A DNA stretch of 60,222 bases, filler included, from Nitrospirae bacterium MYbin3 (GTDB lineage: Bacteria; Nitrospirota; Thermodesulfovibrionia; Thermodesulfovibrionales; Dissulfurispiraceae): NCBI GenBank assembly GCA_002753335.1. It is 4 parts of 4 records of this genome, joined end to end, with 100 filler letters (N's around TTAATTAATTAA, not from the genome) between each part and the next. Parts side by side here need not be neighbours in the genome. Positions count along the whole stretch, not along the records: positions 35,776 to 60,222 come from PEAD01000034.1; 3 more parts are not named here. One strand, given 5' to 3'. Shown one piece after another: positions 48,758 through 59,903 of this stretch. A program made the position numbers and the translations under genes. The notes beneath the pieces are model-generated. The model was not told the DNA's origin. It searched no databases and worked only from the letters and a program-made list of their open reading frames with translations. Each line of letters begins with the position of its first letter. Within the stretch, counting starts at the first letter, position 1.

Positions 48758-49564
48758 TCAACCAAATAGATAAAATACGGCCGTAAAAAAAAGGTCAAAC
48801 ACAATAACTAAAAATATAGAAGCTACAACCGATGCTGTTGTGCGCCTGCCCACCTCTTCAGCCCCGCCTTCAACCTTAAAACCCTGATACGCGCCGACAA
48901 GCGTGATGGTAATACCGAATGCAACCGCCTTGACCAGCCCTGTGAGCACATCCTTCACAACAAGCGCATTTGCGGTCTGCTGCAGATAACTGGAAGGGTG
49001 TATTTCAAATGCTGTTATCGAAATCAAAAAACCTCCAAACAACCCGATGATGTCAGAAAACAGGGTGAGCGCCGGTAGCATGACTATCATCGCAAGCATC
49101 TTGGGAGCAACCAAAAACCTGATGGGATTAATTCCCATGCTGGTAAGGGCGTCAACCTCCTCTGCCGCTTTCATAGAACCAATCTCTGCAGCATATGCAG
49201 AACCGCTCCTGCCCGCAACGATTATGGCGGTAAGAATAGGCCCCAACTCACGAGTTATAGAAACCCCGACAAGATTGGCAATATATATCAAGGCCCCTAC
49301 TTTCTTTAGCTGATATGCAGACTGAAGAGCAAGGATTATGCCCACAAATAACGATATGACCGACACAATAGGAACAGAATTGTAGCCTGCCCTTACCATC
49401 TCTGAAACGACCGCTTTGATGCGAACAGGCATGCCTTTGAAAGGGGAAATAAAAGTCCAATAAAAAACAGTGTTAATCAGACTTGCTGCAGAATGGCTGA
49501 ATTTAAATACCGATAAGCCCTTGCGCCCTATAGCTCCGAACAGGCTGTCAGCTATTGCAGGCAT
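48758..49564 (-). CDS. mlaE: MCE-system ABC permease
   Basis: RELGPILTAIIVAGRSGSAYAAEIGSMK...EVGRRTT. Confidence 0.92.
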   Translation of the reverse strand: MPAIADSLFGAIGRKGLSVFKFSHSAASLINTVFYWTFISPFKGMPVRIKAVVSEMVRAGYNSVPIVSVISLFVGIILALQSAYQLKKVGALIYIANLVGVSITRELGPILTAIIVAGRSGSAYAAEIGSMKAAEEVDALTSMGINPIRFLVAPKMLAMIVMLPALTLFSDIIGLFGGFLISITAFEIHPSSYLQQTANALVVKDVLTGLVKAVAFGITITLVGAYQGFKVEGGAEEVGRRTTASVVASIFLVIVFDLFFTAVFYLFG

Positions 49565-49877
49565 CTTCTATGGTTCCGTATATGTCAAAAACCTTGTCGA
49601 GTTTAGAAAAACTGAATATCTCCATTATCGCTGGCCTAAGACCGAACATCTTCATTTTGCCTCCGAAAGACATCACTCCCTTGAGCCCTTCTACAAAGGT
49701 GGCGATGCCTGAGCTGTCTATGTACGACACTCCTCCAAAATCTACAATCAGCAAAGATTCTTTTTTCTTTACAAAAAACATAAGCTGATTTCTCAAAAGA
49801 GGCGATGAGTAAAGATCTATCTCTCCCAAAACCTCTATCACCTTGCCGCCTTTATATTCTCGGATATTTATTTCCAT
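49548..49877 (-). CDS. STAS anti-sigma-factor antagonist (RsbV/SpoIIAA-like)
   Basis: GEIDLYSSP...YIDSSGIA with the phospho-acceptor Ser. Confidence 0.9.
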   Translation of the reverse strand: MEINIREYKGGKVIEVLGEIDLYSSPLLRNQLMFFVKKKESLLIVDFGGVSYIDSSGIATFVEGLKGVMSFGGKMKMFGLRPAIMEIFSFSKLDKVFDIYGTIEDACNS

Positions 49878-50302
49878 TTACCATCCTTTCTCTGTCTGAC
49901 AAGGTGGAGCCTGTTGCCTTTCTTTTTTCGAGCATCAAACTTAACAATGTCAAAAGCCCTGCGTATAAAATGCGTTCCCAGCCCTCCCGGTTTAACTTTA
50001 CTTAAATCCCGTCCCTTTATTTTTTCGGGCGCTGCCTTGAGCCCTTCGTCATCAATGACCACCTCAAAACCCTTTTCTGAAACTTCATAGCGTATCCCTA
50101 TATTTTTCCCTGAATCGCCTCTATAGGCATGTCTTATGACATTAGCGCAGGCCTCGTCCACCGCAAGTTTAACATGCTCCCGGACAGACTTCGGCATTCC
50201 GCTTATCTCAGCAACCGTAACGGTTACGGTTCTTACCAGAGCAAGATATCTAGGATGCGACAAAACCTTGATGGTAACTCTTATTTTGCCTGTATCAGCC
50301 AA
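49868..50302 (-). CDS. Anti-sigma factor Ser kinase (RsbW-like HATPase)
   Basis: LAVDEACANVIRHAY, DEG, GGLGTHFI; start estimated at TTG 50302. Confidence 0.88.
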   Translation of the reverse strand: MADTGKIRVTIKVLSHPRYLALVRTVTVTVAEISGMPKSVREHVKLAVDEACANVIRHAYRGDSGKNIGIRYEVSEKGFEVVIDDEGLKAAPEKIKGRDLSKVKPGGLGTHFIRRAFDIVKFDARKKKGNRLHLVRQRKDGKWK

Positions 50303-51587
50303 GCCATTTAACCTCAAGCAATGTAATGTCATCGGCCCTTTCCACGCCTTCAGAGAAGCTCTCAACATAATCCGTAACCATCTTTATAAGATTCTCCTCA
50401 TCTTTGTTTTTTGAAACAAAGTCAACAAAAGCATCAAAGCCTATTCTAAAGCCATCCTTGTTTTTTGCTTCATAAACCCCGTCCGTAAAAATAAGCAGCC
50501 TGTCTCCTTTTTTAAGATGCATTATGGTCAGCGGATACTCTACAGGTAAAATGCCGATTGGAGGAGCCCCGAGCAGGTCTTCAACATATACGCCTTCATT
50601 GCTAATCCTCAGAAACGGAGGATGCCCAGCAACAGCAGCTCTAAGCTCCCCTGTGTTCACATCAGCAATAATATATACGGCAGTAAGAAACATTCCCCTC
50701 GGAGCATTTGTGAGCATTGCGTTGAGCCTGTTGAATGCTATCCCAGGAGAATCGCTCTGCATCGCAATATAGCGAAAATCGCTTATTATCTTTGCCATGT
50801 ATAAAGCCCCCGAAACTCCCTTGCCAGATACATCACCAATAAAAACGCCTATCTTGTCGTCAGACGTAACAATAAAATCATACAAGTCTCCGCCGACCTG
50901 TTTGGCAGGTATATTGACTGCAGATACCAAGACATTACCTTTGCCGAATACAGGCAGTTCGGGCAGAAAGCTTTTCTGGAGCGCTGCCGCTATATCAAGC
51001 TCCTGCTTAAGTTTTTCCTGCTCTACAACTTCTCTGTGAAAGAGCGCATTTTCTATCGCTATAGCAAACTGGCCGCAGAGTATATTAAAAACCTCTATGT
51101 CATAATCTGTCTTGCGGGGGTTAATAAGCTCAGCTACTCCTATTAAACCGCCTCTACCAACAAGAGGCACAGCAATAATGCTCTTTGTGATGAAGCCGGT
51201 CAGTTTGTCCGCATCCGCAAAAAAGCGAGAATCGGAGCTGACATCGTTGATCACAAGAGGCTTCAAATTTACCGCAACCCAGCCTGCAATGCCCTGCCCC
51301 ATATCGAGGACAATCTTCTTTTTCAAAATATCCGAAGCGCAGTCCTCTGAGCATAAAGCCACCTCAAACTCAAGCTTATCCGTATCCTTGTTGTAAAAGA
51401 GAATCGAACAGGCCTCTGCATCCAGCTCCTGCTTGGCCTTTTCCATAACAAGATTCATTAAATCATCAAGCTTTAATGTGGAGGAGATAATGGACGACAC
51501 ATTAATAAGCGTCTCGTAATCCGAGAGCTTTCTCTTTATGTCATGCAAATATTTTTCGGAAACCGTTATGGCCGGCTCGGTTGTCAT
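50295..51587 (-). CDS. GAF + PP2C (SpoIIE/RsbU-like) phosphatase
   Basis: GAF domain; VGGDLYD, IGDVSGKG, FTDGVYE, DDITLL. Confidence 0.92.
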   Translation of the reverse strand: MTTEPAITVSEKYLHDIKRKLSDYETLINVSSIISSTLKLDDLMNLVMEKAKQELDAEACSILFYNKDTDKLEFEVALCSEDCASDILKKKIVLDMGQGIAGWVAVNLKPLVINDVSSDSRFFADADKLTGFITKSIIAVPLVGRGGLIGVAELINPRKTDYDIEVFNILCGQFAIAIENALFHREVVEQEKLKQELDIAAALQKSFLPELPVFGKGNVLVSAVNIPAKQVGGDLYDFIVTSDDKIGVFIGDVSGKGVSGALYMAKIISDFRYIAMQSDSPGIAFNRLNAMLTNAPRGMFLTAVYIIADVNTGELRAAVAGHPPFLRISNEGVYVEDLLGAPPIGILPVEYPLTIMHLKKGDRLLIFTDGVYEAKNKDGFRIGFDAFVDFVSKNKDEENLIKMVTDYVESFSEGVERADDITLLEVKWLG

Positions 51588-51730
51588 ATCTTATTGAATA
51601 ACAGATTTTTACGAATCTTTCAAGCAAAATCGTGAAGACAAAAATAAAAACAAAAATAAAAATATGTTGTCTTTTTAATTTCTTGGTGATACTATTGTTC
51701 ATTATCAGCCTTTCTGAAGGGAGAATGTTT

Positions 51731-54205
51731 ATGGCCAAGCAACAGACTAAACCACCTCAAAAATCCGGAAAAAATGAACTTAAAGACAATCCGCTCAGAG
51801 AGAATCTGCACAGGCTTATCAGCACAATGCTCGGCAATGATTTTTATCCTCCAAGGAAAGACACCTTTTATAACGGAATAGCCTATTACGTTCGTGAGCG
51901 GCTTATCGACAGATGGCTCACAGCCCAACGTTCTTATTACCATACAAAGGCAAAACGGGTGTATTACCTCTCTATGGAATTTCTCCCTGGCCCTTTCCTG
52001 CAAAACTACATCATCAACCTTCAGATGGAAGAGGAATGCAGAAAGGCGCTTGAAGACTCAGGCTTTGATTTGTTTCAACTGGCTGAAGAGGAAAGCGACC
52101 CCGGCCTCGGCAACGGCGGACTGGGAAGGTTAGCGTCGTGCTACATGGACTCCCTTGCCTGCCTCGATATCCCCAGCTATGGCTATGGCATCCGTTACGA
52201 TTATGGTATTTTTCAGCAGAGCATCGTAAATGGGTACCAGATAGAAATGTGCGACAACTGGCTCATGAACGGCAACCCATGGGAAATAACACGAAGAAAT
52301 TTTCTCTACACAGTAAAATTCTACGGACGGTCAGAGCAGTACACAGACGGACAAGGAAAGCAAAGGCGCAGATGGGTAGATACAGACAATGTAAGCGCGA
52401 TGGCCTGCGATACCCTCATCCCCGGATATGGCACTAACACCGTGAACAATATGCGCTTGTGGGCAGCCATGTCGAGTAAAGACTTCAATCTACAGTTTTT
52501 CAATCATGGTGATTACATGAAAGCTATGGAGGCTAAGGTGCTTACCGAAAATATTTCAAAGGTACTGTACCCTAGTGATGAAGCGGAACAGGGAAAAGAG
52601 CTCAGACTGAAACAGCAATATTTCTTTGTGGCGGCGACTTTCCAAGACATCATGCGGAGGTATAAAAAGAAGCACGACTCCTTTGATGACCTGCCAAACC
52701 TTGTGGCGGTGCAGCTTAACGATACACACCCATCTATCAGCATTGCTGAACTGATGCGTATTCTGGTGGATGATGAGGGGATTGAATGGGAAGCAGCGTG
52801 GAATCTGTGTGTCAGAACATTTGCATACACCAACCATACGGTGCTGCCGGAGGCCCTCGAAACATGGCCGGCAAGCCTTTTGGGCAGACTGCTGCCACGC
52901 CATCTTGAAATAATATACGAGATAAACCACCGCTTTCTTCAGGAAGTAGAAAAACGCCATCCCGGAGATGACGCTATGCTTTCGAGAATGTCCATTATTC
53001 AGGAGGGAGCAGAGAAATATGTGCGCATGGCCCATCTTGCTATTGTGGGCAGCCATTCGGTAAATGGCGTTGCTGCCCTGCACACAAAAATCCTGAAAAC
53101 AGATCTGTTTAAAGAGTTTGATATGTTTTTCCCCGGCAAGTTCAAAAATATAACAAACGGAACCACACAGCGCCGCTGGCTTTTGCAGGCCAATCCCGGG
53201 CTCTCAAAATTTATCACATCAACTATAGGGGCTGGGTGGGTGCGCGACCTTTATGAGTTAAAAAAACTGATCCCCCATGCTGACGATAAAAAATTCCGCT
53301 CTTCTTGGAGAAAGATTAAACTCGAAAACAAAAAGCTGCTTGCAGATTATATCCTCAAAAAAACCGGCGTCAAAGTGAATGAACATTCGATGTTCGATAT
53401 GCAGACAAAACGCATACACGAATACAAACGCCAGCTTCTGAATCTGCTCCATGTGATAACGCTTTACAACCGCATAAAAGAAAATACCGCATCCAGCTCT
53501 GTTTCAAGAACCGTTATATTTGGAGGCAAGGCAGCCCCTGGATATTTCATGGCAAAGCTTATTATAAAACTGATAAATTCTGTTGCTGCTAAAGTTAATG
53601 CCGACCCTGATATAAAAGAAAGGCTGAAGGTGGTTTTTTTGCCTAACTATTGCGTTTCACAGGCCGAAAAGATCATCTCTGCCGCAGATCTTTCGGAACA
53701 GATTTCAACAGCCGGGCTGGAGGCTTCGGGTACAGGCAACATGAAGTTCGCCCTTAACGGAGCCCTGACAATCGGGACGCTTGACGGCGCAAACATCGAA
53801 ATAATGGAAGAGGTTGGAGAGGAAAATATATTCATCTTCGGCCTCAAGGTTGATGAAATTGAAAGCCTAAAAAATAACGGATACAATCCTTATGAGTATT
53901 ACGAGCATGATCCTGAACTGAAAAAAGCTGTGGACATGATCGCTTCCGGTTATTTTTCACCAGAAAAGACCGACCTTTTTGTGCCTGTAAAAAAAGCTTT
54001 GCTGGATTACGGAGACAGATATTTCTTAATGGCTGATTACCGTGATTTCATAGACTGTCAGGAGAAAGTTAATAAGGTTTATACCGATAAAGAAGTATGG
54101 ACGCGCAGATCAATTATGAATACGGCCAATATGGGGAAATTTTCGAGCGACCGCGCAGTCATGGAATATGCAAACAACATCTGGAATGTGGGCAAGATAA
54201 AATAA
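51731..54205 (+). CDS. glgP: Glycogen/starch phosphorylase
   Basis: GLGNGGLGRLA, QLNDTHP, EASGTGNMKF; start chosen by GGAG RBS. Confidence 0.96.
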   Translation: MAKQQTKPPQKSGKNELKDNPLRENLHRLISTMLGNDFYPPRKDTFYNGIAYYVRERLIDRWLTAQRSYYHTKAKRVYYLSMEFLPGPFLQNYIINLQMEEECRKALEDSGFDLFQLAEEESDPGLGNGGLGRLASCYMDSLACLDIPSYGYGIRYDYGIFQQSIVNGYQIEMCDNWLMNGNPWEITRRNFLYTVKFYGRSEQYTDGQGKQRRRWVDTDNVSAMACDTLIPGYGTNTVNNMRLWAAMSSKDFNLQFFNHGDYMKAMEAKVLTENISKVLYPSDEAEQGKELRLKQQYFFVAATFQDIMRRYKKKHDSFDDLPNLVAVQLNDTHPSISIAELMRILVDDEGIEWEAAWNLCVRTFAYTNHTVLPEALETWPASLLGRLLPRHLEIIYEINHRFLQEVEKRHPGDDAMLSRMSIIQEGAEKYVRMAHLAIVGSHSVNGVAALHTKILKTDLFKEFDMFFPGKFKNITNGTTQRRWLLQANPGLSKFITSTIGAGWVRDLYELKKLIPHADDKKFRSSWRKIKLENKKLLADYILKKTGVKVNEHSMFDMQTKRIHEYKRQLLNLLHVITLYNRIKENTASSSVSRTVIFGGKAAPGYFMAKLIIKLINSVAAKVNADPDIKERLKVVFLPNYCVSQAEKIISAADLSEQISTAGLEASGTGNMKFALNGALTIGTLDGANIEIMEEVGEENIFIFGLKVDEIESLKNNGYNPYEYYEHDPELKKAVDMIASGYFSPEKTDLFVPVKKALLDYGDRYFLMADYRDFIDCQEKVNKVYTDKEVWTRRSIMNTANMGKFSSDRAVMEYANNIWNVGKIK

Positions 54206-54238
54206 GACTTTATACAAAGAAAGTTTGAGGATACTACA

Positions 54239-55189
54239 ATGAGAAAACGTATTATTGTTACAGGCGGCGCAGGGTTCCTTGGGTCTCACCTCTGCGAGAA
54301 GCTATTAAAAGAGGGCAAGGACATCATCTGCGTTGATAACTTCTTCACCGGGAGCAAGCATAACATTAAACATCTTATGGACAATCCCTATTTCGAAATG
54401 CTCCGGCACGATATTACCTTTCCTCTTTATTTGGAGGCTGATGAAATTTACAACCTAGCCTGTCCTGCAAGTCCTGTTCATTACCAATTCGATCCGGTGC
54501 AAACCACAAAAACAAGTGTTATGGGCTCAATCAACATGCTCGGACTCGCAAAGCGGCTTAAAATAAAGGTTCTGCTCGCATCCACCTCTGAAGTTTATGG
54601 CGACCCTGAAGTCCATCCACAGCCAGAATCCTACAAAGGAAGCGTAAACCCAATCGGACCGAGGGCCTGCTATGATGAGGGCAAAAGATGCGCCGAAACC
54701 CTGTTTTTTGACTATAACCGCCAGCATAAATTAAAAATAAAGGTGGTCAGGATTTTTAATACTTATGGTCCATACATGCATCCCAACGACGGACGGGTTG
54801 TGTCGAACTTCATAATGCAGGCGCTTCAAAACAAAGACATCACCATCTACGGGGAAGGCACTCAGACCAGAAGCTTCTGCTATGTGGATGACCTTGTTGA
54901 TGGACTGGTCAAAATGATGGATTCAAGGCATGATTTAACCGGCCCCATCAACCTCGGCAATCCTGACGAATTCACTATGCTGGAACTTGCCCAAAAGGTT
55001 ATAGAGCTTACAGGGTCGAAATCAAAGCTGGCATTCAAGCCTTTGCCTGCAGACGATCCAATGCAGCGCAAGCCTGATATAACTCTTGCCCGCAAAGAGC
55101 TGTCATGGGAACCTAAAGTAAAACTTGAAGAAGGCCTGAGAAAAACTATCGCCTATTTTGACGAACTTTTGAAAAACGGCAGTATCTGA
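54239..55189 (+). CDS. UDP-glucuronate decarboxylase (UDP-xylose synthase family)
   Basis: [37 protein letters not shown]. Confidence 0.92.
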   Translation: MRKRIIVTGGAGFLGSHLCEKLLKEGKDIICVDNFFTGSKHNIKHLMDNPYFEMLRHDITFPLYLEADEIYNLACPASPVHYQFDPVQTTKTSVMGSINMLGLAKRLKIKVLLASTSEVYGDPEVHPQPESYKGSVNPIGPRACYDEGKRCAETLFFDYNRQHKLKIKVVRIFNTYGPYMHPNDGRVVSNFIMQALQNKDITIYGEGTQTRSFCYVDDLVDGLVKMMDSRHDLTGPINLGNPDEFTMLELAQKVIELTGSKSKLAFKPLPADDPMQRKPDITLARKELSWEPKVKLEEGLRKTIAYFDELLKNGSI

Positions 55190-56394
55190 TCCATAACACC
55201 CGGATTACAGTCGCCTATTGCAGGCTTCTTGCAGCGCTTACCATCTATCCACACAGCATTGGTAAGCTCCGTCTTTTTAAAAGAAGCATCTTTTATATTT
55301 GCCCCTTCAAGCAAGGCATCCGTAAGATTAGCCTCCGATAAGTCAGCGCCGCCAAGGTTAGCTCCTTTCATGTTCGCCCCCGAAAGGTTTGCGGCTTTTA
55401 GATCGGCCTTATTTAAACTAGACTTGGCTAGATTTGCCCCTGTAAAAATCATTTTTGATAAATCCTTGCCCGCTAGATTGGCGCCAGAAAGCAAAGCCTC
55501 ATTAAGATTTGCTCCGGTTACATTAACAGATGACATATCCTTGCCTGTTAGATTCACACTTTTCATAGCTGCATTTTTAAAATCAGCAGATGAAATATCC
55601 GCATTGCGCAGGTCAGCAGAAATAAGGTTGGCGCTGTTCAAGCGAGCCCTTTTTAAAACAGTACCTTTAAAATACCCAGCTCTCATATCTGCTGATATAA
55701 GACTCGCATCGGTAAAATCAGCTCCACTTAAATCAGAATTAAACAAACTTGCTCCATTAAGGCTGGAGCCTACAAACATGGCATTCTGAAGGTTTGCCCC
55801 GACTAAATAAATCCCGTCAAGACTCCTTCCGCTGAAGCTTGCGCCCTTAAGATTAGCGCCAGACATAACGGCCCCTGCAAGTTCAGCGTTCGTCAAGTCC
55901 GCTCCGGACATGGCAGCATTGGAAAGATTAGCATTGCCAAGGTTTATTCCTGACATCTTGCAGCCGGATAGATTGGCATTGCTCATGTCTGCATTAAAAA
56001 AAACAGCTCCTGTAAGATTAGCTCCGGTCATGTCAGAATCAGAAAGCTTTGCCCCCTTTAACGAGGCTCCATTAAGATACGAACCAATCATCTTTGCACG
56101 GTTTAATTTTGCGTTATTCATAGAGGCGTTGCTAAAATCAGCATCGCTCAAATCAGCCCCTCTTAGGTCGATTTTTGACATGTTTGCACCGCTAAGAACA
56201 GCCCCGTTCAAGTTTGCGCCTGCCAGTTCCGCATCGGTAAGGTCTGCATTGCTTAAATCGCATTTAGAACAATGCTTGGTCTGCTGAAGTCGTGCTAAAT
56301 GGGCAGGATCAAAAGAATAAGCATCATAAGAAAAAAACAAAAAACAGACTATATAAGATAAAACCGAGATTCGAGCCAACTTAAATAAAATCAA
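55153..56394 (-). CDS. Exported pentapeptide repeat protein
   Basis: Signal peptide, CSKC cap, long A(N/D)LxG repeats, C-terminal WIDGKRC...GDC. Confidence 0.9.
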   Translation of the reverse strand: MILFKLARISVLSYIVCFLFFSYDAYSFDPAHLARLQQTKHCSKCDLSNADLTDAELAGANLNGAVLSGANMSKIDLRGADLSDADFSNASMNNAKLNRAKMIGSYLNGASLKGAKLSDSDMTGANLTGAVFFNADMSNANLSGCKMSGINLGNANLSNAAMSGADLTNAELAGAVMSGANLKGASFSGRSLDGIYLVGANLQNAMFVGSSLNGASLFNSDLSGADFTDASLISADMRAGYFKGTVLKRARLNSANLISADLRNADISSADFKNAAMKSVNLTGKDMSSVNVTGANLNEALLSGANLAGKDLSKMIFTGANLAKSSLNKADLKAANLSGANMKGANLGGADLSEANLTDALLEGANIKDASFKKTELTNAVWIDGKRCKKPAIGDCNPGVMDQILPFFKSSSK

Positions 56395-57760
56395 AAAGAC
56401 TCGAACTCATAAATTCTGCCGAAAGCTTTCTCAGACTCACCATAGACTGCTCTTTTAACTGCACCTGCAATCCAAGCTGTGTATAATCAAGCTCCTGAAC
56501 ATCCCGTATATCAGAAAGGTTGGTTGTTACTGTAGCCTCAGTGCTTATTTGAAAATTTTCCTGCACCTTTATCATATCCATTCTTGCGCCTATATCTATC
56601 TGCTTGCTTTTAAGATTATCAAAAATATTTGTGAGATAATCAGAGCCTCTTGATATCCTGCGAGTGTCATCGTTATCCATCGCCTCTCTTATAAAATGTA
56701 CAGCCCTAATAAAATTATTTTCGTTGAGGTAATTATTATTAAAACTGTAATAGTTGGCATTTGACGGATCAGTTATATAGTTGTAATTAGTTATGTTTGT
56801 TCCTAATGTCATGCCGGACAAGCTGTTAAGTTCAACCCCAGCCGCATCGCCGCTGACCACAGAAATGACAGCCTTGCTGATTTCCTGCGTTTTTGATGTT
56901 GAGCCCAAAACCAACCTGTAATCATCATTGGCAGCATCACCGGTAGTATTGAAGTTTATGACAGCAGCCTTAACTTCGGTGCTTGCATTGCTTGCATTTA
57001 TATCAGCAGCTACACCGTTTAGTGTTCTGCCGGCTGCAATTGCAATTGCAGTTCCGTTAATCGTCACTGTACCGCCGTTGGTTGTAAAAACATCAGTTCC
57101 TGCTGTAAAGCCTCCTGCTGCAGTATAAAATCCTCCTTGTGAATCAGCATCGTACTCTGTTATAGCGCCGCCATTATCCCAGTTATAGGTCGGCATTGTA
57201 CTGCCTGATGGTCCTCCGCTAAAACTAAAAATCTGGTTGCCCGGAATATTTGTTTTAATCTTGACCCCATCACCTATAATAGCCTCAACATAATCTGAAC
57301 CGCCTTTATATACGCCTGTTGTCCTTTCAATGGCAGGAGAATCTGCATTTTGGCCTGAATATATATATTTATCGCCTGACTTTGTGTTTGCCATATCAAT
57401 TATTGAGGACATTATACTGTCCACTGTATCTGCATACGCCTTCCTATCAGTAGCATTCATGCTGATAGTTTTGGCAGCAACACCCTTTGCAAGAACAGCC
57501 GTATCAGAAAGTCCTTTGAGTGTTGTTTCAAAAGCTTTTAACTCCATTTTTACATCACTCATTGTCCTTTTATATTGGGTAATATTTGATATCTGAACAT
57601 TGTAGTTCATTATCATCGACATGCCTGTAGGATTATCAGAAGGCCTGTTGACCTTTTTACCGCTCGCAATTTTCTCGTAAATAGAAGCCGTACTTTTCAT
57701 AGTATCCTGCATTGAGTTCAGGATGGTGTCATAAATCATTTTTGTTGTTACTCTGCTCAT
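56381..57760 (-). CDS. flgL: Flagellar hook-associated protein 3
   Basis: RVTTKM...IASGKKVNRPSDNP; ends SLFDFI; follows flgK. Confidence 0.92.
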   Translation of the reverse strand: MSRVTTKMIYDTILNSMQDTMKSTASIYEKIASGKKVNRPSDNPTGMSMIMNYNVQISNITQYKRTMSDVKMELKAFETTLKGLSDTAVLAKGVAAKTISMNATDRKAYADTVDSIMSSIIDMANTKSGDKYIYSGQNADSPAIERTTGVYKGGSDYVEAIIGDGVKIKTNIPGNQIFSFSGGPSGSTMPTYNWDNGGAITEYDADSQGGFYTAAGGFTAGTDVFTTNGGTVTINGTAIAIAAGRTLNGVAADINASNASTEVKAAVINFNTTGDAANDDYRLVLGSTSKTQEISKAVISVVSGDAAGVELNSLSGMTLGTNITNYNYITDPSNANYYSFNNNYLNENNFIRAVHFIREAMDNDDTRRISRGSDYLTNIFDNLKSKQIDIGARMDMIKVQENFQISTEATVTTNLSDIRDVQELDYTQLGLQVQLKEQSMVSLRKLSAEFMSSSLFDFI

Positions 57761-57764
57761 AGTA

Positions 57765-59903
57765 TCACCTGCCTACAGAATTGATAAGTGTTGCAAAAAG
57801 ATCGTCAGCAGCAGATATTATCTTGGCAGCTGCCTGAAACTGCTTTTGATACTTTACAAGGTTTATCGCCTCCTCATCGAGGCTGACTCCTGAGGTTTCC
57901 TGTCTTTTTGCTTCGAGCTGCTCAACAAGGTTCTTATAGAAAGTACTGTTGACATTGGCTGAATTAGCCTCAATAGCAACATCATCAACTATTGTCCGAT
58001 AAAAAGTTATTGGATTGTATCCATTCAAAAAATTGGTATCACTCGCAATACCTGCTATCAATCCGGCATTTATGTTATCTCCCGCCTTGTTTGTGGAAGA
58101 TAATCTGGGATACACAGCAAAATCGCTCGTACTGCTTCCGGCAACTGCAATCGGTGAATAATTTGTGGTGTAAAAGCCCAATGCTCCGGCTGCAGTGGAT
58201 ATTGAGCTCTGCCAATCAAGAAGTATGGGATTGGCGTTTCCGGCATCATTGGTAATCGTATATTTTTTCGTAGCAGCGCTGTACGCTACCGTATACGTAT
58301 TAGCGGTTGCCGTATCAGCCCCTTCAAGTGCTGTCTTGACGGCAGCTGCAAGTTGATATCTTGTGTAGTTTCCGGCCGCGATTTTTGCGGTCTTATAAGA
58401 GATCGGGGATGCTGTTGTATCTTCGGTAAAACGAATCGTATCATTTGATGAATCAATCGTTACCCAATCTCCTGCTGCTGCTGCAATGAGATTGGGACTA
58501 TTTATCTTAACAGCCATATTCATGGCTGCGTTTTTATTCTGGTTAATAGTGAATGTTCCGGTAAGGGCATTTTTAAGGCTTCCAGCCACTCCAACCGCTC
58601 CTTGAGCTCCATCAATTCTTACACTTATTCCTTGAAATGAAAGAGTCCGAAAATTTGGCGTCTCATTGCTATCATTGGTTAAAGTAACGCTTGCTACCGG
58701 AACATCAGCAATCGCGTTCCAGGTTTGTGTAGTGCTGTTCCATGTGGTTTCTCTTACTCTCCAGTAAATTCCTGAAGTCCCCTCCTGCTGATAGCCTGCC
58801 CCTGCTGCGTTGCTGTAATCAATTGTATATTGTGTGTGCATATCAGTAGTAAAAGCATCCGAATCCGTAACATTGAAACGGGTAATCGTGCCGGCAGCCG
58901 GATTCGTCGTAGTAACAAGAGCGTTGTTTACCTTAAAAAACTCGTTCCCTGTGGAACCATCCAGAGCATATCCCTGCTTCTGATAAAAGTTGACATAATC
59001 AGAAATATTTATAGCAAGCGCATTAAGTCGGTTTTGCTTGTCAATTATTATGGTATCGCGAAGGTCTATGTTTGATTTAAGCTGCCCGCCCTCGATACTC
59101 GATGTTATCTCCCTTAAAGGTTCTGTTGATGAAAGCTCAATTTTAAAATGCATTATACCAACAGCATCCTGTGAAGCGCTCATATCATACGAACGGGCAG
59201 CGTCCACTATAGGGATACCGCCGACAAGCACCGTATATTTATTGCTGCTATCCGCAAATGTGCTTACTTTCACAATCTTGTTAATGTTTTCTACCAGATT
59301 ATCCCGCTGATCCTGCAGATCATACATTCCGGGATTGGAGGCTATTTTATAGTTTAAAGTCGATATTTCTGTGGTAAGTTTATTTACTTCAGAAACAAGT
59401 GTCTGGCTGCTGCTTAAAAGCTCATTACGCTCATTATTAAGGTTAGCTCCTGCAAGAGCTATCCTGGTTGACAAAAATTCGCTCTTATTCAGCAATAACG
59501 ATCTTTCTGCATAGCCCGTCGGATTTTTATACACGTCATTCCAGGCAGCAAAAAACTCATTAATATTTGATCCTAGTCCATCATCATTGGCCTCGTTGAA
59601 CACACTTTCTACACGCATCATTCCTGTTTTATATTCTTCCCAGTATGCAAGATTCGATTTTTCGGTTCTTATCTGGAAGGTATTAAATGAATCATACATT
59701 CTGCTGATTTGGGCAACCCTAACGCCTCTTCCTGATGCCCCTGTATTAGATGAAGCACTGGCAGAAACGCTCTCGAAAACAATATCCTGTCGTGTATAGC
59801 CCGGCGTTGCGGCATTCGCTACATTATGTCCCGCAACTTCAAGAGCTCTTCTTGTAGAAATAAGCCCGGATCTTGCTATATCAAACAAACCGCCAATAGA
59901 CAT
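57765..59903 (-). CDS. flgK: Flagellar hook-associated protein 1
   Basis: GHNVANAATPGYTRQ; SGVSLDEEAINLVKYQKQFQAAAK. Confidence 0.95.
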   Translation of the reverse strand: MSIGGLFDIARSGLISTRRALEVAGHNVANAATPGYTRQDIVFESVSASASSNTGASGRGVRVAQISRMYDSFNTFQIRTEKSNLAYWEEYKTGMMRVESVFNEANDDGLGSNINEFFAAWNDVYKNPTGYAERSLLLNKSEFLSTRIALAGANLNNERNELLSSSQTLVSEVNKLTTEISTLNYKIASNPGMYDLQDQRDNLVENINKIVKVSTFADSSNKYTVLVGGIPIVDAARSYDMSASQDAVGIMHFKIELSSTEPLREITSSIEGGQLKSNIDLRDTIIIDKQNRLNALAINISDYVNFYQKQGYALDGSTGNEFFKVNNALVTTTNPAAGTITRFNVTDSDAFTTDMHTQYTIDYSNAAGAGYQQEGTSGIYWRVRETTWNSTTQTWNAIADVPVASVTLTNDSNETPNFRTLSFQGISVRIDGAQGAVGVAGSLKNALTGTFTINQNKNAAMNMAVKINSPNLIAAAAGDWVTIDSSNDTIRFTEDTTASPISYKTAKIAAGNYTRYQLAAAVKTALEGADTATANTYTVAYSAATKKYTITNDAGNANPILLDWQSSISTAAGALGFYTTNYSPIAVAGSSTSDFAVYPRLSSTNKAGDNINAGLIAGIASDTNFLNGYNPITFYRTIVDDVAIEANSANVNSTFYKNLVEQLEAKRQETSGVSLDEEAINLVKYQKQFQAAAKIISAADDLFATLINSVGR

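Noticed and set aside
55229..56287. Long plus-strand ORFs opposite the pentapeptide gene
   Set aside because: Antisense artefacts of repetitive codons.
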